From assembly GCA_031416075.1 (NCBI GenBank), contig JANOSY010000075.1, forward strand, positions 1-42,925: 42,925 bases of DNA, given 5' to 3'. Within the stretch, counting starts at the first letter, position 1. Each line of letters begins with the position of its first letter. The notes beneath the pieces are model-generated. The model did no database searches. It saw only the letters and a list, made by a program, of their open reading frames with translations, and was not told the DNA's origin. The position numbers and the translations under genes were made by a program. This document shows positions 1 through 7,361 of the stretch, piece by piece. The stretch comes from Candidatus Tenderia sp. (lineage in GTDB: Bacteria; Pseudomonadota; Gammaproteobacteria; Tenderiales; Tenderiaceae).

Positions 1-63
1 CTGTGATAATTCAGACAGTGAGGAGACTATGGTGAAGTGTTTGCGTTATCCAATCAATCTGTC

Positions 64-136
64 GAACCGCCGTGTACGGACCCGTACGCACGGTGGTGTG
101 GGAGGGGGAGGCCGTGAGGCTTTCCCCTATCCCGAT
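64..136 (+). mobile_element. Group II intron 3' end (domains V-VI), class IIC-like; rest of the intron, if present, lies upstream of the window
   Basis: GAACCGCCGTGTACGGACCCGTACGCACGGTGGTGTGGGAGG is the short domain V with the CGC triad typical of IIC. It is followed by domain VI GGGGAGGCC-GTGA-GGCTTTCCCCT and a ...ATCCCGAT terminus. Confidence 0.9.
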
Positions 137-778
137 TGGGCATAACAGGAGAATTTAATGGGATTTGCTATTTCTTGGGTTGCAGTGAAACAAAAAGAAA
201 TTCATCAAGTTCTGGAGCTTTTAAGTCTTGAACGAACTGGTGAAACAGAAGAATTTCCTGAATCACCAATTACCTGCATTTCTATTTCAAATGGGTGGTT
301 TGTTGTATTTGCTAATAAATACAACTCCCCTTTGGTGTCTGCTAAATCTTTAGAGGCTATTTCAAAAGACTGCATGGTTATATCGTGCCAAGTCGAAGAG
401 CATGTGATGGTTAGTTCGGCAACTTGTTACGCTAATGGTATTTTATCTTGGCACGTTGAACATGATGCTCAGGAAAATATGTACTACATCGCATCAAGCG
501 GAAATGTCCCACCTGAATTTAATGAAATTCTAAAGGCAGCAAAGAAAGAACAAGATGACGATGGCGGTGAAGATTCAGAGGTTGATTATATTCATGATGT
601 CCCGATTTTTCTTGCTCAAACAGTGACCTCATTTCGACATGATGAAAATATGACAGATGAAAACCTAAAGCCATTTGAGGTTTTAAAATTAATTCGTAGT
701 GGTTCAAAGCAATCTACTTTTGAAAAACCGTGGTGGAAGTTTTGGTAGGGTGCTATGCCCAACCCGGCATTCAAGCCG
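137..778 (+). mobile_element. Integron-type gene cassette with truncated attC
   Basis: Begins TGGGCATA (core site G/TTGGGCA, cut by the intron). Ends TATGCCCAAC (R'' GCCCAAC 757-763) - CCGGC - ATTCAAGC (L''-like). The two ends are reverse complements. The RBS lies right after the core, the ORF is AT-rich, and no right attC arm was found. Confidence 0.75.
158..748 (+). CDS. Hypothetical cassette protein, 196 aa, acidic, C-terminal KPWWKFW
   Basis: ORF with AGGAG RBS, AT-rich relative to the rest of the window; KPWWKFW-type tails are common on cassette and accessory proteins. Confidence 0.85.
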   Translation: MGFAISWVAVKQKEIHQVLELLSLERTGETEEFPESPITCISISNGWFVVFANKYNSPLVSAKSLEAISKDCMVISCQVEEHVMVSSATCYANGILSWHVEHDAQENMYYIASSGNVPPEFNEILKAAKKEQDDDGGEDSEVDYIHDVPIFLAQTVTSFRHDENMTDENLKPFEVLKLIRSGSKQSTFEKPWWKFW

Positions 779-809
779 GGTATCTATGGGCTCCTCCCGT
801 TTTGCAAGG

Positions 810-1010
810 AGAAGATTGAACTTTTGTCCTCAGGGTAAAGATTGCGTGTATCTATCCGGCCTCTACGTGAGCTATACGATTAGCTCGGGCCATAATGCAA
901 TACGCACGCTGGGTTCCATATAGGGTGTCGGCCTTATTGGCCATACCCGGCTTCGGAGTGTCCTGGCGTCGGTCTTACCTGTTGGGCATCGTTCGTTCTT
1001 CACCTTCGCA
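810..1010 (-). ncRNA. Putative bridge RNA / seekRNA of the IS1111 element (boundaries approximate)
   Basis: Two loops closed by GGCC/GGCC stems. 921-927 and 944-953 match the two halves of the reconstructed target; 849-855 and 893-901 match the two halves of the circle junction. Confidence 0.85.
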
Positions 1011-1091
1011 AGAGCCCGCCCCACGAAGTGCTTTGGGCGTCGTGGCGGGTCTAGTGTGTAACTCGCTTTATTTAAACGTAGCCTACTAATG

Positions 1092-2144
1092 TCAGCGGGT
1101 TGCGATTCCCTCTGCTTTGTTTATCCATTGTGCCTGGTAATGGCGTCCGTGGGCGAGCAGCGCCCACGCGACTCGTGCCAATTTGTTGGCTAAGGCCACG
1201 GCGGCAACGTTGAAGCCTTTGGCTTCTTTAAGTTTGGTCGCCCACTGGAGCAGGCGATCTTCTTTGCCCTCGGCGCAGCGCAATGCACTGCGTGCGCCGT
1301 GAATCAGTAAGGTGCGCAGGTAGCAGTCGCCTCGTTTGGAGATACCGAATAGCTGCTGCTTGCCGCCGCTGGAGTGTTCATGGGGCGTGAGCCCGATGTT
1401 GGCCGAGAAGCAACGCCCAGAGGGGAAGTGGTGAGGATCACCTATTGCGGCGATGAAAGCGGTAGAGTTTAGTGGGCCAAACCCTGGCATCTCCATCAGC
1501 CGTACCACTTGCTCATCCTGGCGGGAGAGTCGCTGGACGCGGATATCGTAAGCATTGATCCACTCATCTTGCAGGGTGAGTTGTGATTGCATTTCGGCAA
1601 AGATCTCCAACGCACCAGAGGATAGGCCGTGGTGTTCGCCGCTTAACACTGCTGTCAATCCTTTGCGTAACGCGGTAGCGCTGCATGGAAAACTCAAACC
1701 ATATTCACCCAGCAGACTGCGTATCTGCAGCATCAGCGCCGTGCGGTTTTCTACCAAGCGCTGTCGCACCCGGTGCAGCATCTGCACATCTTGCTGCGTT
1801 TCGCTGTTAATCGGAACATACAATGTCTCTGGTTCAGAACGCAGATCACAAATCGCCTTTGCATCACGGTAGTCATTCTTATTGCCTAACACCCGACGGC
1901 TGACACGTTGACCGGCAATCAGTTTAACCTCATGTCCAAGCTCGTTGAGTTTTCGCGCCCAATAATGGGCTGTAGCACACGCCTCAATGCCAACCTTGGC
2001 AATAGGTAGATTAGCAAAGAACTCCAACACTTGATCTCGTGACATCTTGCGCTTCAGCACTTCATTGCCTCGCTCATCTTTGCCTACGGCATAGAAAACG
2101 TTCTTGGCAATATCCAATCCAACGACGACTGCGTTATGTTTCAT
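1092..2144 (-). CDS. IS110-family DEDD recombinase/transposase (likely start MKHNAVVVGLD at 2144)
   Basis: GLDIAK, IEAC and KNDYRDA give the DEDD tetrad; HSSGGK catalytic-Ser motif; GDCYLRTLLIHGA and VALANKLAR motifs; uninterrupted ORF. Confidence 0.96.
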   Translation of the reverse strand: MKHNAVVVGLDIAKNVFYAVGKDERGNEVLKRKMSRDQVLEFFANLPIAKVGIEACATAHYWARKLNELGHEVKLIAGQRVSRRVLGNKNDYRDAKAICDLRSEPETLYVPINSETQQDVQMLHRVRQRLVENRTALMLQIRSLLGEYGLSFPCSATALRKGLTAVLSGEHHGLSSGALEIFAEMQSQLTLQDEWINAYDIRVQRLSRQDEQVVRLMEMPGFGPLNSTAFIAAIGDPHHFPSGRCFSANIGLTPHEHSSGGKQQLFGISKRGDCYLRTLLIHGARSALRCAEGKEDRLLQWATKLKEAKGFNVAAVALANKLARVAWALLAHGRHYQAQWINKAEGIATR

Positions 2145-2235
2145 ATCGGATTCCCTCTCTCTCGTTTGGCCGATGACCGACTCACCCGCTTGGCACACCA
2201 TGATGCCGTTTGAAGATGGGAGGAGTCCATTTCAT

Positions 2236-2255
2236 TAGGGTGCATTCCATGTACC
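2236..2255 (+). repeat. GTAG-type REP-like hairpin, split by the IS insertion
   Basis: The reconstructed empty site reads GTAG-GGTGCA-TTCCA-TGTACC. Only one copy is in the window, so repetitiveness is unproven. Confidence 0.5.
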
Positions 2256-2474
2256 ACTCCCCAAAACCATCGCTACTAGCTCATTTGGTGGTGAATCATC
2301 GAGTAGATCCATCATAAACAAGAAGGGGGAGCTACGTTATTTAGCGCATAGACTGCGCTCTGCCTGACTGGAAAAATGAATAACACCAGGCACAACTTCC
2401 CACAAAGGGCCGTAGAAACCAAGGCTATTGAACGGCAGTAGCCGCATAATGCTGGCGCAATTTTTAAGGGGCTT

Positions 2475-2504
2475 AAAACAGAAACAGGGGCCATTGGCCC
2501 CTGT
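2475..2504 (-). terminator. Intrinsic terminator of the PEP-CTERM gene
   Basis: ACAGGGGCCA/TGGCCCCTGT hairpin followed on the minus strand by TTCTGTTTT. Confidence 0.8.
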
Positions 2505-2521
2505 CTTTAACATCTGACTTC

Positions 2522-3328
2522 TTAAACCGCCAGCGCTGTCTGTTTTTTACGTCGGCTCAACCCAATGCCCATCAGCCCAAGGGCTAAAAGCATCACTGTT
2601 TCAGGTTCAGGGACTGTGGCATTGGAACCACCTTGGCTAAGTGACTGCACGTAACCTGTGCCGACCGGGGTGACGCTAATCTGGTTAAACGTGGCAATCA
2701 GCGAGCTTGTGTCCATAAATGAAACACTGAGTTGGTTAAAGGGGAACCTCAACAGTTCAGCCTCTCCCGGCAGTGCATGGCTCAATAAAGCGGTAGGTGT
2801 GGAATAGAGCAAGGTGGTCCAGAAGTTAAACCCCAGTGATGTCACACCACCACCAAGACTCGTGATGTCGATGTTGGCATTTAATGTGGTCAGGCTGCCG
2901 ACAAACATATCTTCCCAGGCGGTTCCACGACGGGTGAGGCGGCGATTGTTATCTACGATGACATCGGCATTGCCATTGGCAGCAACGTTGATGCCGTTAC
3001 CATTAACACTGAACCCATCCAACGCGCCGTTATAGGTCATGCGATCATTAAACCAGCTGATTGTTGAGGGTGAGTTGGTCTCGATGCGAAACTCACCGCT
3101 CAACTTATCCCCCTGATTAAACACAACAACCGTGCCATTATTATTGATTGAGGTGGTGTTGTTAATCGTTGCGGTGTAGTCATAACGCAGATACGTAGCA
3201 GATGCCGCCGTGGGCAGCAGCGCCCCGGCCAGGGTCATAATCGCCAGAACTGTGGCAGCAAACCCTTTTTTCCTGACAGATACATTTGAAGCGGTGGTGG
3301 AGACACTTTTCCAAACAACTGAACTCAT
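2522..3328 (-). CDS. PEP-CTERM sorting domain protein
   Basis: Signal peptide ending ASA; C-terminus VPEPETVMLLALGLMGIGLSRRKK; GGGAG RBS. Confidence 0.93.
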   Translation of the reverse strand: MSSVVWKSVSTTASNVSVRKKGFAATVLAIMTLAGALLPTAASATYLRYDYTATINNTTSINNNGTVVVFNQGDKLSGEFRIETNSPSTISWFNDRMTYNGALDGFSVNGNGINVAANGNADVIVDNNRRLTRRGTAWEDMFVGSLTTLNANIDITSLGGGVTSLGFNFWTTLLYSTPTALLSHALPGEAELLRFPFNQLSVSFMDTSSLIATFNQISVTPVGTGYVQSLSQGGSNATVPEPETVMLLALGLMGIGLSRRKKQTALAV

Positions 3329-3468
3329 CTCTAACTCCCAATGACATGTGAAGGTGGTGCAAGTCTATAGCGGCAAACAGACTGCTGACATTGAACCTTG
3401 GTACTAGATTCTGCCGTTTCTGTTTCGATCTATAGGCATGGGAGTGCATGTGTATTATGAAACTGCTG

Positions 3469-3509
3469 GTGTTACGTATATTTACTTCGTAACACTAAAG
3501 GTATATAGT
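3469..3509 (+). promoter_or_regulatory. Perfect inverted repeat (NikR-like operator) overlapping a putative sigma70 promoter
   Basis: GTGTTACG-N11-CGTAACAC at 3469-3495; TTTACT(3481-3486)-N17-TATAGT(3504-3509). Confidence 0.6.
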
Positions 3510-3646
3510 CGCTCCACTGCCCCAACAACTGTTGATGGCGGTAGATGTAAAAGAGAATGGATTCTCTGCAGATCGTCAGGCCGGACTGCTACCACCCTGG
3601 CAGTTCTGGCCTTCTTTCACTGACTACAGTTCTGGAGAATCGGCAA

Positions 3647-3904
3647 ATGGCATGTGACTCTACTTACCGCAAACATGTTCACCAACAGATAACCCATGTT
3701 CACGCCCACCGACATGACGATGGCCACCACACTCATACCCACGCGGAACTGGTTGTAGGTGAACACGAACATGAACACACACACGAGGTAATGGAACACG
3801 CCCATGATCACGACCACAACGATGATCATCATGACCACGAACATGAGCATGAACACGATGATCATCACCATACAGTCCATAAAGTCGCTGCCGTGGCCGG
3901 ATAG
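3647..3904 (+). CDS. Small His-rich putative metal-binding protein (85 aa)
   Basis: GGAG RBS before the ATG at 3647; 28 His in HxH repeats with many Asp/Glu; no signal peptide. Confidence 0.8.
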   Translation: MACDSTYRKHVHQQITHVHAHRHDDGHHTHTHAELVVGEHEHEHTHEVMEHAHDHDHNDDHHDHEHEHEHDDHHHTVHKVAAVAG

Positions 3905-4000
3905 TGGTGTGATACAACACTGAAACGTACCGGGGTTCTCTCGGAACAGGGTGAATATGATAAAGTTGTCCCCCTGTTTTCAACCCAAGATACCGCTCCC

Positions 4001-5410
4001 ATGGCCCAAACTTTCTACTGGTATGACTACGAGGCCTTTGGCCTGAACCCGATGAATGACCGACTGGCGCAGTTTGCCGGGGTCCGTACCGATATGGAGC
4101 TGAACATCATCGGCGAACCGTTGATGATGTACTGCAAACCGGCCGATGATTTTCTGCCCAATCCAACCTCTTGCCTGATCACCGGCATTACACCGCAGAA
4201 GGCGCGGGCCGATGGCATCCCGGAGGCTGAGTTTATCCGTCGTATCAACGCCGAGTTCAGCCAGCCCAGCACCTGTGTGCTCGGTTACAACAATCTCCGT
4301 TTTGATGATGAGTTCACCCGCTATTCGCTCTACCGCAACCTGCAGGACGCCTATGGCCGCGAGTGGCAGAATGGCTGTTCGCGCTGGGATCTGCTCGACG
4401 TGGTGCGGATGACTCGCGCCCTGCGCCCGGAGGGGATCGAGTGGCCGGTGAATGCTGAGGGGCGCCCCTCGGTGCGGCTCGAAGATCTGACCGTCGCCAA
4501 CAACATCGCCCACGAATCGGCCCACGACGCCCTCTCCGACGTCTACGCCACCATCGCCATGGCGCGTCTGGTGAAGGAGAAACAGGGCAAGCTGTTTGAT
4601 TTTGCCTTTGAGAACCGCACCAAAAACCGCATCAAAAAACTGCTCGACCTCAAGGAGCAGAAGCCGGTGATCCACGTCTCTGGCATGTACCCGGTCGAAA
4701 AAGGCAACATGGCGCTGGTAGTGCCACTGGCGGAGCACCCCATCAACAAAAATGGCATTGTGGTCTACGATCTGAGTGTTGACCCAAAGGATCTGATCAA
4801 CCTCAGTCCTGCCAAGATCCACGAACGGCTCTTCACCAAAAATGAGGATATGCCGGAGGGTGTGACGCGCATCCCGCTCAAGACTGTTCACATCAACAAA
4901 TGCCCGATCATCGCACCGTTTATGACCCTCGACGGCAAGGCGGCCAAGAAGTACGGCATCGACCTTAACCTCTGCCGTGCCAACCTCGATACCCTGCTCA
5001 AACAGCCCGGTCTGGCAAAGAAGATTCAGAAGGTCTTCACCGATGGCCAAACCATCTTTGAGCCGCGCACCGATCCCGATCAGATGCTCTACGGCGGCCC
5101 CTTCTTTAATGATGACGACAAGGCACGCATGGCCCAGGCCCATACGATGTCACCGCAGGAGCTGGCCGACTACCACCCCCCCTTCAACGACAGCCGATTG
5201 TCCGAACTGCTATTCCGGATGCGCGCCCGCAACTGGCCCGAAACACTCAACACCGATGAGCAGGCGCGCTGGCAGGAGTTCCGCAAGAGTCGCATCAACC
5301 TTGACGACTATCTACGTGACATAGCGCTATTGCGCCAGGAGCCACAACGCAACGACGCTGAACAGCTGCTGCTGGATACACTGGTGCACTATGGAAAAGA
5401 GATTGCCTGA
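4001..5410 (+). CDS. sbcB: Exodeoxyribonuclease I
   Basis: WYDYE, GYNNLRFDDE, AHDALSDV and HINKCP motifs. Confidence 0.96.
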   Translation: MAQTFYWYDYEAFGLNPMNDRLAQFAGVRTDMELNIIGEPLMMYCKPADDFLPNPTSCLITGITPQKARADGIPEAEFIRRINAEFSQPSTCVLGYNNLRFDDEFTRYSLYRNLQDAYGREWQNGCSRWDLLDVVRMTRALRPEGIEWPVNAEGRPSVRLEDLTVANNIAHESAHDALSDVYATIAMARLVKEKQGKLFDFAFENRTKNRIKKLLDLKEQKPVIHVSGMYPVEKGNMALVVPLAEHPINKNGIVVYDLSVDPKDLINLSPAKIHERLFTKNEDMPEGVTRIPLKTVHINKCPIIAPFMTLDGKAAKKYGIDLNLCRANLDTLLKQPGLAKKIQKVFTDGQTIFEPRTDPDQMLYGGPFFNDDDKARMAQAHTMSPQELADYHPPFNDSRLSELLFRMRARNWPETLNTDEQARWQEFRKSRINLDDYLRDIALLRQEPQRNDAEQLLLDTLVHYGKEIA

Positions 5411-5513
5411 TTTGAGCCAGACATATATATAGTATGGCTGGTGCCAAACCCCGCCCTGCACGGACAGGGGTAACTGGCTAGACCGTTCAACCCGTGAGCG
5501 ATAACAACCCCCT

Positions 5514-6419
5514 ATGAAACAGCAGATAGGTTACATCGGCCTAGGCCTGATGGGTCGTCCCGCCGCCCTTAATCTGATCAAGGCGGGATACCCCCTTAAC
5601 GTTTATGCCCGGCGCAGCGCAATGATGGAGCCGCTCTGCGCTGCGGGGGCCACCGCCTGCCATAGCCCCGCTGAGGTGGCAGCTGTGAGCGACATCATAT
5701 TCATTAATGTCTCCAACAGTTGTGATGTTGAAGAGGTCGTGCTCGGCCGCAACGGCATCATCACCACCGCCAGACCTGGCAGTGTGGTGGTGGACATGAG
5801 CACTATCTCCCCCGCCGTCACCCGCAACATCGCCGCCCGTTTGGCAGAACGACAGATCGGCATGGTCGACGCCCCTGTCTCTGGCGGTCCACAAGGGGCG
5901 ACGGCGGGAACGCTGGCCATCATGGTCGGCGGCACCACAGAGACAGTTGCCCAGGTATGGCCGCTGCTAGAGGTGATGGGTGGCAACATCGTACATGTGG
6001 GGGATCACGGCGCTGGCCAGGTGGCCAAGGCGTGTAACCAGATAATTGTGGCCCAGGCCATCACCGCCATCGGCGAGGCGTTGCTACTGGCCAAGGCCTC
6101 CGGGGTTGATCCCAGCAAAGTACGCCAGGCGCTAAGTGGCGGTTTTGCCGACAGTGCCGTGCTGCAGATCCACGGCCAGCGTATGCTCGACTACCTGTTT
6201 GAACCGGGTTTCAAGACCAAACTACACCATAAAGATATGCACATTGTGCAAGAGAGCGCCGCTACACTTGGCATCACCCTGCCCGGTGCGGCACAGGCCA
6301 CCCACTACCTCGATACCTTGATGGCGCAGGGAGATTGTGAGCTAGACTCCTCCGCGATGCTGAAGGTATTGGAACAGGTGGTCGGCACCTCTCTTAAACC
6401 CACCAATACTCAAGGATGA
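5514..6419 (+). CDS. NAD(P)-dependent beta-hydroxyacid dehydrogenase (2-hydroxy-3-oxopropionate reductase / 3-hydroxyisobutyrate dehydrogenase family)
   Basis: GYIGLGLMG, DAPVSGG and GQVAKACNQ motifs. Confidence 0.9.
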   Translation: MKQQIGYIGLGLMGRPAALNLIKAGYPLNVYARRSAMMEPLCAAGATACHSPAEVAAVSDIIFINVSNSCDVEEVVLGRNGIITTARPGSVVVDMSTISPAVTRNIAARLAERQIGMVDAPVSGGPQGATAGTLAIMVGGTTETVAQVWPLLEVMGGNIVHVGDHGAGQVAKACNQIIVAQAITAIGEALLLAKASGVDPSKVRQALSGGFADSAVLQIHGQRMLDYLFEPGFKTKLHHKDMHIVQESAATLGITLPGAAQATHYLDTLMAQGDCELDSSAMLKVLEQVVGTSLKPTNTQG

Positions 6420-7309
6420 TCATGGACCACTGCAAAACCCTCCAGACCCTCTGCGCCGCCGCCCTCGCTGCCCTTCTGCTAAGCGGCTGCGAAGAGTCCG
6501 TTGATACCAACTTTGGCACCGGCAAGGTGAGCATAGGTATTAAAGATGCCCCCATCGACGGTGCCATGGCCGTAGTGGTCAGTTTTACCGGCATAGAGCT
6601 TAAGGCCTATAGCGGCGAGACCATCACCCGCACCTTTACCACCCCACGCACCATCGATCTGCTGACACTGCAAGGGACTAAAACCAGCCTGCTGCTGGAC
6701 GGTGAAACAGTAACAGGGGGCAACTACGACTGGCTGCGCCTGAAGGTTGATCTCTCAGCATCCTATCTGACCAACAGCAGCGGTCGGCATAACCTCGCCA
6801 TCCCCAGCGGTGGTGAGAGCGGGCTCAAGGTGATCAACGGATTTACCGTGCCGCAAGATGGCTCTCTGGCACTCACCATCGACTTTGATCTACGCAAATC
6901 GATACTCGAACCCTCCCAAACGGGGGGTGCTTACAGACTCAAACCGGTGCTGCGTCTGGTGCAGAATGACAAAACAGGCCACATCAAGGGCACCGTGCCC
7001 AATAGCCGGGTCAATGGTAGTGGCTGCGGTACTGCCGCTGTCTATCTGTTTGAGGGCAGCAATATCACCGCTGACGACCTGGATGGCATACAGGCCGACC
7101 CCAGCGATTCCTCACTGGTTAAGCTGAACAACAGCAGCGGTAACTATGAGTATGAACTCGGTTTCCTGAATGCAGGCAGCTACACCCTTGCCTTCACCTG
7201 CCAGGCCAATCTCGACAATCCCGAGAATAACGATACCGGCGTCATCTTCAGCGGCACCACCAATGCCACTGTTACGGCGGGGGCAACCACCGCCTACAAT
7301 TTCCCATAA
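6416..7309 (+). CDS. DUF4382-like lipoprotein
   Basis: Lipobox LLSGC; KDAPID, IDFDLRKS and LKPVLRL motifs. Confidence 0.8.
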   Translation: MIMDHCKTLQTLCAAALAALLLSGCEESVDTNFGTGKVSIGIKDAPIDGAMAVVVSFTGIELKAYSGETITRTFTTPRTIDLLTLQGTKTSLLLDGETVTGGNYDWLRLKVDLSASYLTNSSGRHNLAIPSGGESGLKVINGFTVPQDGSLALTIDFDLRKSILEPSQTGGAYRLKPVLRLVQNDKTGHIKGTVPNSRVNGSGCGTAAVYLFEGSNITADDLDGIQADPSDSSLVKLNNSSGNYEYELGFLNAGSYTLAFTCQANLDNPENNDTGVIFSGTTNATVTAGATTAYNFP

Positions 7310-7361
7310 TGTCTACGTGCCGGGCGACAGCCCTTGCCCGGCACCACCCAAAAGATTGAGT

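Larger units (their letters stand above)
781..2237 (-). mobile_element. IS1111-subgroup insertion sequence (IS110 family), ~1.45 kb
   Basis: Sub-terminal IRs ATGGGCTCCTCCC (786-798) and GGGAGGAGTCCAT (2218-2230). TA core dinucleotide at 781-782 and 2236-2237, no target-site duplication, and a long non-coding region downstream of the recombinase. Confidence 0.93.

Noticed and set aside
981-989. GTTGGGCAT in the IS non-coding region matches the cassette core/R'' at 755-763
   Set aside because: Lies in what looks like the conserved 5' scaffold of IS1111 non-coding RNAs, outside the guide loops; a 9-nt match may be chance.
699-1089. Short ORFs 699-923 and 895-1089
   Set aside because: They overlap the attC, IS end and bridge RNA region; no RBS or protein features.
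3557-3646. Longer N-terminal extension of the His-rich ORF
   Set aside because: Better RBS at 3634-3637; the extension runs through the hairpin leader.
3700-3875. Repetitive CAYGAN-type sequence as a possible CRISPR or DNA repeat array
   Set aside because: Explained by His/Asp/Glu codons; no repeat-spacer structure. No CRISPR array, tRNA or rRNA was seen anywhere in the window.
3980-5143. 387-aa minus-strand ORF
   Set aside because: Antisense shadow of sbcB caused by codon bias.
7170-7361. N-terminal extension of BioA
   Set aside because: Overlaps the upstream lipoprotein gene; recognisable BioA sequence begins near 7362.
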